A stretch of DNA of 64,000 nt from Bacteroidetes bacterium HGW-Bacteroidetes-10 (GTDB lineage: Bacteria > Bacteroidota > Bacteroidia > Bacteroidales > UBA932): contig PHDT01000006.1 in the NCBI GenBank assembly GCA_002842695.1, positions 2,358 to 66,357 of the forward strand, written 5' to 3'. Made by a program: the position numbers and the translations under genes. Below, one piece after another: positions 38,808 through 47,525 of the stretch (the first letter of the stretch is position 1; every line of letters begins with the position of its first letter). The notes under the pieces are model-generated. The model ran no database searches, was not told where the DNA came from, and was given only the letters and a program-made list of their open reading frames with translations.

Positions 38808-41800
38808 TTACTGAACTTTTTCCAGCAGGGCCTCTATTACAAGAGCCTTGTTGACATCAACATTCATATTATTGTTCCACTCTTCAAATACGAGGCTGAA
38901 TCTGTTCGGCCCTTTTTTGAGTTTTATCCTGACTGAATTGGTGACTCCCCATTCATCCCAGAGGTTCTCGCCTCTCTGGGGGAAAACAATTGTTCCGGCA
39001 GTGGTTCCGTTGATATAAACGGTTCTGATTGCGCACTTATTGTCTGTGTTCCACGGGCCGCTGCCGTTTGCATAGCTGAAGGAGAGCAGGTACATTCCCT
39101 CTTGTGTAACATTTGCTTTAAATTCAAGATTCCGGTTAATCTCGCTGGAAATTTCCGTAAAACCATTACCACTGTTTGAATTTCTGAGGTCAATCTTAAT
39201 CTTGTCCCGGGTTTTCAAAACGAGAACAGGTTCAGATGTGAAGGACTCCCAGCCCAGCGAATCAACAGCACTTACCCTAAACTGAGACCCTTCCGGATTT
39301 GAAATCTTAAAGCTGGTTTTATCTGTAACATTATCAACTCTTCCATTATTGTAGATTCTGTAATTTACTGCACCTGCAACAGGGTTCCAGGTTAGCTCTC
39401 CCTTTCTGAGGCTGACCTGCGGGGCAGGAAGAGATGTGTGATTGGATGAGACCTCAAATCTGTCGCCGTCAAATTTATTGTTGTCCATTATGATCTCAAC
39501 AGAGTGCCTGCCATTGAGAGAAGCGGGAAGGAATCCGTTTTCAAGCGGAGCTCCGTCCAGGGTTACAGATTTGGTATTGCGTCCGAATCCCTTTACTGTA
39601 ATGTCCAGAATTGCGTTGCGGTATTTGAAATTCTTAAGTTTTCGGGTGCCTTTGTAAACTTCCGGAATAACGGGTGAAAACCGGATTCCGTCAATTTCAA
39701 AATTCATTCCGGTAAATACCCTGTGAACCATTGCCAGGTTGCCGGCCATACTCCAGAGCATCCTGTCTGAATTGATTTCTGTGCCATTGTAATCTCCAGT
39801 TTCGGCAACCATATTTTCATAGTTTGTAAGAAAGAAAGCACCTGCTCTGTAAACAGAAGCCAGACCGTGAACCAGAGCCTTTTCATTTCCTGCCTTTGCG
39901 GCTGCAAGGTTCCAGAAGCTCTGTACAAATGGCCAGATTGCATTATTGTGATAGGGTGGAATTCCCGGAATCTGAGGATAGATGCAAGATGCGCCAAATT
40001 CAGTGACAGGAGAGGCAGAGAGAATCAGCCTTGCTTTTTCCTCTCCTGCTACTCCAAAGAGGATATTGAGTGCCTCTCCAAGCGCTTCATACCTTTCTGA
40101 CAGCAGGAGGTGGTCTCTTCCGTAAAGGAAGTTTCCGTAGAATCCTCTCTCCTCCATCCAGAATTTTTTATTGATAGCATTTTTGATGCCCTCTGCGCGC
40201 TGCTCGTATATGGATCCATCCTCTCCAAGGAGTTTTGCGGCCATTGCCAGAATCTTGTGTGCCTGATAGTGTACGGCATTTGTTCCAAGATTCTCAGATA
40301 CAAAGATATCCTTGTTATCCATCCATTTGGGATAGGTCTGTTCGCGCCAGTCCAGAAATGATGACTCTCCCCGGAATAGCCCTGTTCCTGGATTGTAAAG
40401 GGTGAGGAAATCGTCGTCGAGAGTGTTTTTAATAATGGGATAAATTGTTTTGAGCCACTCTTTATCACCTGTAACTTTATAAATCTCCCATGCGGCTATA
40501 GCCCATGTTGTTCTGTCCGATGATACCGGCCATGCTCCGCCGGAGCCGGTGTCCTGAATAATTCTGCCGCGCTTTACCTTCTTCATGAGGCTTATTTTTG
40601 CCACCTCAGGTTCGTGGTAAGCAAAGGCAAGCAGAATGCTGTATGATATGTCCCTTGTCCATACTCCGCTCCACTTGGCTCCTGTGCGGAAAGTGCTGTC
40701 GGCCTCAATGTTAATTAATGCCTCTTCGAGAGACATGTTAAAAAGGGCATCAACAATTGGCTGTTCAGATGTGTATCTTGGTTTTGCGGAAAGATCTCTG
40801 GAAATAACTCTTGTTTTTGTTGTTCCGGCAGGTTCTGTCCCAAGCGGGCTGAAGTAATCTGATTCAATTGAATCTCTCGAGATTATTGTAGCTGTATTGC
40901 TGCCCTGAATTACCTTGTCTGAAAAGAGAGAGAATTTTTCGCTGATGTAAATAGCCGGGCTGAATGCTTTCTCTGCGGGAGAGGGAGACATCTCAAATGT
41001 AAGGGTGCCGCCGGCGGTGATGTCGCTGTGCTTGAGGTGAGGGCGGGAGAGAGGCACTCCGTTGAGGAGTGCTCTCTTGACGTATACATTTTGTTTGCTT
41101 TGGTTCTTTGTCTCAATCCGGAACTCTCTCCCGCCCTCCAGCTTAATAACAGCAGATACAACGGAGGGACTGCCAATATCGTATGAATCGCTGCCCGGGG
41201 CAACAGGGTAAAAGCCCAGGGACGAGAAGATGTACCATGCGCTCATCTGCCCGCAGTCATCGTTACCGCTAAGGCCGTCAACAGCCGGATTGTATTTTGT
41301 TTCCAGAATTTCCCGGATGTATTTCTGTCCTTTCCATGGCATACCTGCATAGTTAAAGAGATATGGCACATGGTGAGATGGTTCATTTCCGTGAATGTAA
41401 TTGCCCATGATTCCTTCCCGGGTTATATCCTCAGTCTGCGCAAAATATTTGTCAGGCAGCTCCATTGTGAAAAGGGAGTCAAGATGCTCTGCAAACCTTT
41501 TGCTGCCGCCCATAAGTGAGATAAGGGAATCTGGATGATGGGGAACATAGAGGCTGTAGTTCCATGCGTTACCCTCTATGAAACCCTGCCCGTGTGTATC
41601 CAGCGGGTCAAACTCCTTCCTGAATGTGCCATCTGAAAGCTTCGGACGCATAAAGCCGGACGATTTATCGAAGAGATTTCTGTATGAGAGTGCCCTTTTT
41701 GAGAACTCTTCGTACAAATCTTTTCTTCCGAGCTTGAGTGCCATCTGAGCTATTGCCCAGTCGTCGTATGCATATTCGAGTGTTTTTGAGACAGAGTTGC

Positions 41801-43238
41801 CGCTCAGATCTTCGGGAACATATCCTCTCCTGATATATAGCCCCAGCCCGTCGTAATAATTGTTTCTTGCAGTAACAGCACAAGCCTCCAGTGCAGCCTC
41901 TGCATCAAAACCGCCAATTCCCTTAATAACAGCATCTGCCAGAACAGAGACTGAATGGTATCCTATCATACACCAGTTTTCGTTTGCATAGTGCGACCAG
42001 ACAGGGAGCATTTTGTGAACACTCTGATTGTAATGGGCAATCATGGAATTAACCATGTCTGAATTACGTTTGGGCTCAATTATATTGTAAAGCGGATGGA
42101 GTGCCCGGTAGGTATCCCAAAGTGAGAATGTTGTATAGTTAGTAAAGCCGGTGGCCTTGTGGATATTCATATCGAGCCCCCTGTAGCTTCCGTCTGTATC
42201 CATATAGATGGTCGTTCCAAGCATTGCATGGTACATTGCTGTATAGAAATTAATCTTCTCTCCGTCAGTAAGAGTTTCTATCTCAATTTTTGCAAGTTCT
42301 TTTTCCCAGGCCTCATATCCATCCCGACGATACTTTTCAAAGTCCCAGCCCGGAGCCTCTGCTGCCATATTTGCCAAAGCCCCGTTTGTACTGACAGGCG
42401 AAAGCGCAACTTTAACCACAATCTTCTCTCCCTCCTTCGTGTCAAAGTCAAAATGGGCCCTCAGCTGGGAACCTGCCAGTTCCGGAAAGTTCGTGGTCTG
42501 ATCGAATTTGCGCCAGAACCCTCTGTACACAGACTGGGGTCCAAAGTTCTTGCTTCCGTAGCTTTTAAATGGTTTTGAAAACTTAATTGCAAAATATACA
42601 GTGCGGGTTCTTGCCCAGCCGTTTGTCTGTCTGTAACCTGTAATAGTTGAGTCGTTTTCTATCCTCACAAATGTCCATACATTTTTTCCTTCGTAGTTAT
42701 AGATTCCGTGAACCAGGTCAAGTATTATATGGGCACTGTCACTTTTGGGGAATGTATATCTGTGAATGCCCACCCGGGTAGTTGCAGCAAGTTCTGCCTC
42801 AATACCGTGGTCATCCAGATGAACCTTGTAGTATCCTGGCTCTGCCATCTCCCTGTCGTGTGAAAAGGAGCTTCTGAAGCCGCTCTGCGGATTCTCTGCC
42901 GTTCCGGGATTAAGCTGAAGCCGCCCTGTCGCTGGCATAATAAGGATATCCCCAAGGTCTGAATGGCCCGTTCCGCTAAAGTGCGTATGGCTGAAGCCCA
43001 CAATTGTCCTGTCTGAATACTGGTAGCCTGCGCAGTATCTGTAGACCTCCTTGTTGTATTTTCCTCCGGACTCATAGCTTAAGGTATCCGTATCCGGGCT
43101 TAACTGTACCATCCCAAAGGGCATTGAAGCCCCCGGATAGGTGTGTCCCATTTTGTCAGTACCAATGAATGGATTTACATATTGAGCCAGATTTCCCTGA
43201 AGCAGAAAAAATGTAGCTAAGGAGAAGAGGAGATTCAT
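38808..43238 (-). CDS. GH92 alpha-mannosidase fused to a six-hairpin (COG3408/GDE_C-like) glycosidase domain, an Fn3-like domain and a CBM6-like domain
   Basis: 1476 aa. The N-terminal ~750 aa carry GH92 blocks (VNPFIGTDKMGHTYPGA, FSHTHFSGTG, GNEPSHHVPYLFNY, DDCGQMSAWY). Residues ~800-1250 are (alpha/alpha)6-like (GVWTRDISYS, FRGESSFLDWREQTYP). The C-terminus is a lectin-like beta sandwich. Confidence 0.8.
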   Translation of the reverse strand: MNLLFSLATFFLLQGNLAQYVNPFIGTDKMGHTYPGASMPFGMVQLSPDTDTLSYESGGKYNKEVYRYCAGYQYSDRTIVGFSHTHFSGTGHSDLGDILIMPATGRLQLNPGTAENPQSGFRSSFSHDREMAEPGYYKVHLDDHGIEAELAATTRVGIHRYTFPKSDSAHIILDLVHGIYNYEGKNVWTFVRIENDSTITGYRQTNGWARTRTVYFAIKFSKPFKSYGSKNFGPQSVYRGFWRKFDQTTNFPELAGSQLRAHFDFDTKEGEKIVVKVALSPVSTNGALANMAAEAPGWDFEKYRRDGYEAWEKELAKIEIETLTDGEKINFYTAMYHAMLGTTIYMDTDGSYRGLDMNIHKATGFTNYTTFSLWDTYRALHPLYNIIEPKRNSDMVNSMIAHYNQSVHKMLPVWSHYANENWCMIGYHSVSVLADAVIKGIGGFDAEAALEACAVTARNNYYDGLGLYIRRGYVPEDLSGNSVSKTLEYAYDDWAIAQMALKLGRKDLYEEFSKRALSYRNLFDKSSGFMRPKLSDGTFRKEFDPLDTHGQGFIEGNAWNYSLYVPHHPDSLISLMGGSKRFAEHLDSLFTMELPDKYFAQTEDITREGIMGNYIHGNEPSHHVPYLFNYAGMPWKGQKYIREILETKYNPAVDGLSGNDDCGQMSAWYIFSSLGFYPVAPGSDSYDIGSPSVVSAVIKLEGGREFRIETKNQSKQNVYVKRALLNGVPLSRPHLKHSDITAGGTLTFEMSPSPAEKAFSPAIYISEKFSLFSDKVIQGSNTATIISRDSIESDYFSPLGTEPAGTTKTRVISRDLSAKPRYTSEQPIVDALFNMSLEEALINIEADSTFRTGAKWSGVWTRDISYSILLAFAYHEPEVAKISLMKKVKRGRIIQDTGSGGAWPVSSDRTTWAIAAWEIYKVTGDKEWLKTIYPIIKNTLDDDFLTLYNPGTGLFRGESSFLDWREQTYPKWMDNKDIFVSENLGTNAVHYQAHKILAMAAKLLGEDGSIYEQRAEGIKNAINKKFWMEERGFYGNFLYGRDHLLLSERYEALGEALNILFGVAGEEKARLILSASPVTEFGASCIYPQIPGIPPYHNNAIWPFVQSFWNLAAAKAGNEKALVHGLASVYRAGAFFLTNYENMVAETGDYNGTEINSDRMLWSMAGNLAMVHRVFTGMNFEIDGIRFSPVIPEVYKGTRKLKNFKYRNAILDITVKGFGRNTKSVTLDGAPLENGFLPASLNGRHSVEIIMDNNKFDGDRFEVSSNHTSLPAPQVSLRKGELTWNPVAGAVNYRIYNNGRVDNVTDKTSFKISNPEGSQFRVSAVDSLGWESFTSEPVLVLKTRDKIKIDLRNSNSGNGFTEISSEINRNLEFKANVTQEGMYLLSFSYANGSGPWNTDNKCAIRTVYINGTTAGTIVFPQRGENLWDEWGVTNSVRIKLKKGPNRFSLVFEEWNNNMNVDVNKALVIEALLEKVQ

Positions 43239-43296
43239 TGCAGATATTTTTCAGGTTCGAAGAATAAAGGTAAGCAACGAAAACCATCCGGCAAAA

Positions 43297-44274
43297 CTAC
43301 ATTAATGCTATTCCAAGCTTTTGCTGTTCCATGAGAATATCTTCAGGCCAGATTCCAACCTGCACTTCACCAATATGGCTTTTTCTCAAAAGGAACATGC
43401 AAAGTCGTGACTGGCCTATTCCTCCCCCTATGCTCTCCGGAAGTTCACCTGCCAGCAGCATTGAGTGGTAGGCAAGCTTACTCTTTTCAGTACAATTTCT
43501 GATTTCCAGCTGTCTCTGAAGAGCCAGACTGTCTACCCTTATTCCCATTGAGGATATTTCAAAAGCCCTCTTAAGAAGAGGATGCCATACAAGAATATCG
43601 CCGTTAAGGCTCCAGTCGTCGTAATCTGCAGCTCTTCCGTCATGAGGCTTTCCATCTGAAAGATTCCCTCCAATTCCAATTATGAAGACTGCACCAAGTT
43701 TGCCGGTAATCATGTTTTCGCGCTCCTTTGCCGTAAAGCCGGGGTACATGTCAAGCAGCTCCTGAGATTTAACAAATGAGATTTTTTCAGGTAAAACAGG
43801 TCGAAGCTCAGGATCTATTTCGAAAAGCTTATGCTCAGTGTCTCTGATTACCGAATAGATTTTTTCAACACAATTCATAAGATATGAAAGAGTGCGCTCA
43901 TGTTTTTCAATTCTCAGCTCCCAGTCCCACTGATCTACATAAAGAGAGTGAATTGAGGTGAAATCTTCATCGGGGCGAAGTGCCCTCATATCTGTTATTA
44001 TTCCCTCTCCGCAGGCAGCACCTGTCTGCATCAGCCTTACTCTCTTCCATTTTGCAAGTGAGTGGACAACAACTGCCCTTCTCTCCTGCATTGCCTTAAC
44101 AGGGAATGAAACAGCTCTCTCAAAACCATTAAGATCGTCATTAATGCCTGTTCCGTCCATAACGGCTATTGGGGATGACACTTTTACAAGGTTGAGCTGC
44201 TTTTCCAGTCCTGCAGAAAATGACTCTTTTACATAGGCAATTGCCTTTTCGGTTTTAAGAATTTCCGGTTTCAT
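43297..44274 (-). CDS. asnA: Aspartate--ammonia ligase (asparagine synthetase A)
   Basis: Start trimmed to MKPEILKTEKAIAYVKESF (ATG 44274). It aligns throughout to AsnA (HSLAKWKR, ALRPDED, YVDQWDWE, GIGG.LSDG, DYDDW, NGDILVW, SSMGIRVD, GGGIGQSRL). Confidence 0.93.
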   Translation of the reverse strand: MKPEILKTEKAIAYVKESFSAGLEKQLNLVKVSSPIAVMDGTGINDDLNGFERAVSFPVKAMQERRAVVVHSLAKWKRVRLMQTGAACGEGIITDMRALRPDEDFTSIHSLYVDQWDWELRIEKHERTLSYLMNCVEKIYSVIRDTEHKLFEIDPELRPVLPEKISFVKSQELLDMYPGFTAKERENMITGKLGAVFIIGIGGNLSDGKPHDGRAADYDDWSLNGDILVWHPLLKRAFEISSMGIRVDSLALQRQLEIRNCTEKSKLAYHSMLLAGELPESIGGGIGQSRLCMFLLRKSHIGEVQVGIWPEDILMEQQKLGIALM

Positions 44275-44293
44275 AATGATGGTAATTTGGTAC

Positions 44294-44325
44294 AAAAAAA
44301 AAGCCCCCTGCAGAGTGCAGAAGGC
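44294..44325 (-). terminator. Intrinsic terminator immediately upstream of asnA (attenuator)
   Basis: Minus-strand GCCTTCTGCA (44325-44316), loop CTC, then TGCAGGGGGC (44312-44303) form a 10-bp stem with 2 G-U pairs, followed by T9 (44302-44294). It ends 19 nt before the asnA ATG. Confidence 0.85.
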
Positions 44326-44353
44326 TAATATTTATAAAAAGGGTTAGTTGAAT

Positions 44354-44440
44354 TTACATGTTAAAAAACAATAGCCTCCCGCTCCGAATAAGATTATTAT
44401 TCGAATTATTATTGAAAAGGTTATTGTTTAAATGGGCCAT
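44354..44440 (-). CDS. Asn-rich leader peptide MAHLNNNLFNNNSNNNLIRSGRLLFFNM
   Basis: 28-codon ORF below the track cutoff, with 10 Asn codons in three NNN runs plus one more. Its 3' part contains the antiterminator segment GCGGGAGGCT. Confidence 0.75.
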   Translation of the reverse strand: MAHLNNNLFNNNSNNNLIRSGRLLFFNM

Positions 44441-44458
44441 TGTTTGTTGATTACGACG

Positions 44459-44466
44459 CAAATATA
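44459..44466 (-). promoter_or_regulatory. Candidate -7 box (TATATTTG) for the asnA leader transcript
   Basis: Exact TAnnTTTG match on the minus strand, 18 nt upstream of the leader ATG at 44440. Confidence 0.5.
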
Positions 44467-44511
44467 ACCAGAAAATTAATTCAAGGTTCATTTTTTATTA
44501 AAAATTGTAAA

Positions 44512-45726
44512 TTATTTTAACAAACCGGCAATATAACCGGTTGTCCAGGCGTTCTGAAGGTTATACCCGCCAGTAATTGCATCAATATCCAGAACTTCAC
44601 CCGCAAAATAGAGACCTGTACATCTCTTGCTCTCCATGTTTTTGAAATTGACATCATCCAGACTCACTCCGCCGCAGGTGACAAACTCCTCGCGGAAGGT
44701 TGTCTTGCCCTTTATTGAATATTCATCATTAGTAAGCAGGTTAACGAGCCTGTTCTTCCCTTTGCTTCCAACCTCCACCCACTTCTTGTCTGAGGGAAGT
44801 TCACACTTCCCCAGAAGAAAATCCCACAGACGGACCGGTATAGCATATGGTCTTACTGTTGTGAGCATTTTGCCGGGATGGTCAGAAATAATTTTATCAA
44901 TTACTTCTGTTACCTTATCATTGTTAGTCTCATTTACCCAGTTAACCTGAATTTTGAAGTCATATCCCCTCTCACTCATTATCCTTGCACCATGAGATGA
45001 CAGCTTAAGAATTGCAGGACCGCTCATTCCCCAGTGGGTTATCAGGAGCGGGCCACCTGTTCTTATTTTTGTACCCTGAAGAGTTACCAGTGCCTCTTCA
45101 ATAACAATTCCCATAAGTTTCCTTATATCTTCTCCGGGCATGTTGAAGGTGAAGAGTGAGGGTACAGGTTCTTCGATTTTGTGGCCCAGTCTCTCAAGCC
45201 ACTCCAGCCCGCTCCGCTTTGGAGATCCTCCGGTAGTTATAATAACTTTGTCGAACGATAAGGGTACCCTCTCTGGATTAATAAAAGTAAGTTCAAGTGA
45301 ATTACCGGCCCGGGTAATGGATTTTACACCTGCATCTGTAATTACCTCCACACCCAGTCGTTTTGCCTCTCTGGTCAGACAGCTGGTGATGCTGCCGGAA
45401 TCCTGCGTCCTGGGGAAGATGCAGCCATCAGCCTGTAAAACAAGCTGAACACCTCTTGATTCAAACCACTGAACAGTATCTTTATTGTTAAAAAAGGGAA
45501 ATATTTTTCTAAGCCTGCGTCCGCCGCGGGGGTATGCGCCGCAAAGCTCGTCAATGGTTTCACAGCCGTTGGTGACATTACACCTGCCGCCTCCTGAAAC
45601 CCTTACTTTGTGCAGTACTTTTGATGATTTTTCGAAAATGGTAACTGATGCCTCCGGGTGATTCTCCTTTGCTGTAATTGCAGAGAAGAAACCGGCCGCA
45701 CCTCCGCCTATGATGGCAACATTCAT
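44512..45726 (-). CDS. NAD(P)/FAD-dependent oxidoreductase (HI0933/BaiN-like)
   Basis: 404 aa with N-terminal IIGGGAAGFF, GGGRCNVTN and C-terminal FAGEVLDIDAITGGYNLQ blocks. Confidence 0.85.
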   Translation of the reverse strand: MNVAIIGGGAAGFFSAITAKENHPEASVTIFEKSSKVLHKVRVSGGGRCNVTNGCETIDELCGAYPRGGRRLRKIFPFFNNKDTVQWFESRGVQLVLQADGCIFPRTQDSGSITSCLTREAKRLGVEVITDAGVKSITRAGNSLELTFINPERVPLSFDKVIITTGGSPKRSGLEWLERLGHKIEEPVPSLFTFNMPGEDIRKLMGIVIEEALVTLQGTKIRTGGPLLITHWGMSGPAILKLSSHGARIMSERGYDFKIQVNWVNETNNDKVTEVIDKIISDHPGKMLTTVRPYAIPVRLWDFLLGKCELPSDKKWVEVGSKGKNRLVNLLTNDEYSIKGKTTFREEFVTCGGVSLDDVNFKNMESKRCTGLYFAGEVLDIDAITGGYNLQNAWTTGYIAGLLK

Positions 45727-45729
45727 TGA

Positions 45730-46566
45730 TTAACTCCTTTTTCCCATATCGTAAGTCATTTGTCTAACAATCTGGGCCCATTCGTAATGAGAGTGGCTCT
45801 TGTCAAAAGTAGTCCACGGAATGGGTTTACCGATACTTACTTTGATAGTGGTATTCCTTTTGCGGAAAATTTCATGTGGCAAAAGCATCAGTTCAATGTT
45901 TGCTTTAATGCCAAAGAATTTTCTGATATTATTAATTCTGTAGAAGAGCTTTGAGTTTGTTCCATGGAAAAATAGCGGAACAATATCCCTCTGGTGAGCA
46001 ACTGATTTGGCAATGAAGCTTTTCTGCCAAGGCAAATCCTGAATCATTCCATCTCTCTTTCTTGAAACAATTCCGGCAGGGAAGTGGGTTATTGCTATAT
46101 CCTGACTATAAGTCTCTTCAATAGCTCGAAGGTACTCTTTTGAAGATGAACCAAACACATTTACCTTAACAACGAATGGCTGAAGCTGAGGAATAAACCT
46201 GAAAGTGTCGTTGGCAATGGCTTTAAGAGTTCCGTATTTCTGAGAGACAATATATGTGAGAACAAGACCATCTGCAAACCCAAAAGGGTGGTTTGCCGCA
46301 AAAAAGCACTTGCGGTGTTCCGGCAGATTTTCCAGTCCGTCAATGTCAAGTGTGATATTGAAATCCTTAAGAACACACTCCAGAAATTCTGCTCCCTCTG
46401 TGTGAGAAAATTTGTTGAGCAGAACATTCAAATCCTTCTCGTGTACAATTCTTGCTATGATTTTAAGAATAAAACCGGGTAGATTTTTGAGGAGTTTAGA
46501 GCTCGATTCAGCTACATTTTTCTCAACATCAATGTATTTAATATATTTCTTCTCGTCTGTAGACAT
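45730..46566 (-). CDS. Lysophospholipid/glycerolipid acyltransferase family protein
   Basis: 278 aa with an acyltransferase-type ANHPFGFADG block and a downstream FPAG motif. Confidence 0.65.
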   Translation of the reverse strand: MSTDEKKYIKYIDVEKNVAESSSKLLKNLPGFILKIIARIVHEKDLNVLLNKFSHTEGAEFLECVLKDFNITLDIDGLENLPEHRKCFFAANHPFGFADGLVLTYIVSQKYGTLKAIANDTFRFIPQLQPFVVKVNVFGSSSKEYLRAIEETYSQDIAITHFPAGIVSRKRDGMIQDLPWQKSFIAKSVAHQRDIVPLFFHGTNSKLFYRINNIRKFFGIKANIELMLLPHEIFRKRNTTIKVSIGKPIPWTTFDKSHSHYEWAQIVRQMTYDMGKRS

Positions 46567-46610
46567 TCTTGGGTTATTTAAAAGCCTGCGAAAGTACTGA
46601 AAAAATGGAA

Positions 46611-47525
46611 TTAATATTTAATTCCTGTAATTTCTTCTGATACTTTCCAGAGCTCTTGTGCCACCTTTTCGTTGTAAAGTGACTCTATCTCCTTGCTAAT
46701 GGCCGGATTGCCACGCCAGTTGCCGCGACCCTCTGGTCCAACATATTCTCCACCCTTAAGATCAGGATAAGTGGCCGCAAACAGGGTAGGGAGCGCTCCC
46801 ATTTCTGCAGGCTGACCAACAAGTCTGAATCCCCAGTTGATAAATCCTCCGGTTTGTTTTCCTGACCCCCTTGACATTAGATTTGTAGCAGATACACCAG
46901 GGTGGCATATAATACTTTTTGTATCAGCACCTCTCTCTTTAAGAAGCATATCCAGTTTCCGGCCAAAGAGCATGTTTGAGTATTTGCTCTGACGGTAAAA
47001 CTTCATTGGAGAGTAGCCCTTTTTGCCGTCAAGATTTGTAAAATCAATCTTTGCACCTCTGCTGGCAATACTGCTGACTGTAACTATCCTTGAGCCCGGT
47101 GTTGCAGTAATGACCGGAAGAAGCAAACCTGTAAGAAGAAAGTGAGCAAGGTGATTTGTGCCAAACTGAAGCTCCCATCCCTGAAGGGTATGCCTGAGAG
47201 GCGGAATCATAACGCCGGCATTATTAATTAGCAGATCAAGCTTTTGACCTCTAAGAGCGTAGGTCTCTGCAAAGAGCTTTACGCTTTCAAGGTCTCCAAG
47301 GTCAATATGCATCAGCTCCACTTTTGCGTTTGGATATTCTGCCAGAATAAGGTCAGCAGCTTTCTGTCCCTTCCCTATGTTTCTTACAGCAAGAATCACA
47401 TGAGCACCTTTTGCTGCCAAAACCTTTGCAGCGTCAAAACCAATTCCGCTTGCACCTCCTGTGACAATTACATTTTTTCCGGTGAGGTCTCCAATATTAT
47501 CCTTTGTCCAGTTACTTTTAGTCAT
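46611..47525 (-). CDS. SDR-family oxidoreductase
   Basis: 304 aa with VTGGASGIGF, NNAG and YRQSK motifs. Confidence 0.85.
   Translation of the reverse strand: MTKSNWTKDNIGDLTGKNVIVTGGASGIGFDAAKVLAAKGAHVILAVRNIGKGQKAADLILAEYPNAKVELMHIDLGDLESVKLFAETYALRGQKLDLLINNAGVMIPPLRHTLQGWELQFGTNHLAHFLLTGLLLPVITATPGSRIVTVSSIASRGAKIDFTNLDGKKGYSPMKFYRQSKYSNMLFGRKLDMLLKERGADTKSIICHPGVSATNLMSRGSGKQTGGFINWGFRLVGQPAEMGALPTLFAATYPDLKGGEYVGPEGRGNWRGNPAISKEIESLYNEKVAQELWKVSEEITGIKY

Noticed and set aside
44441-44492. 19-codon ORF MNLELIFWLYLRRNQQTMAHL upstream of and overlapping the Asn leader
   Set aside because: It starts upstream of the predicted -7 box (44466-44459), has no amino-acid bias related to asnA, and is out of frame with the Asn-rich ORF.
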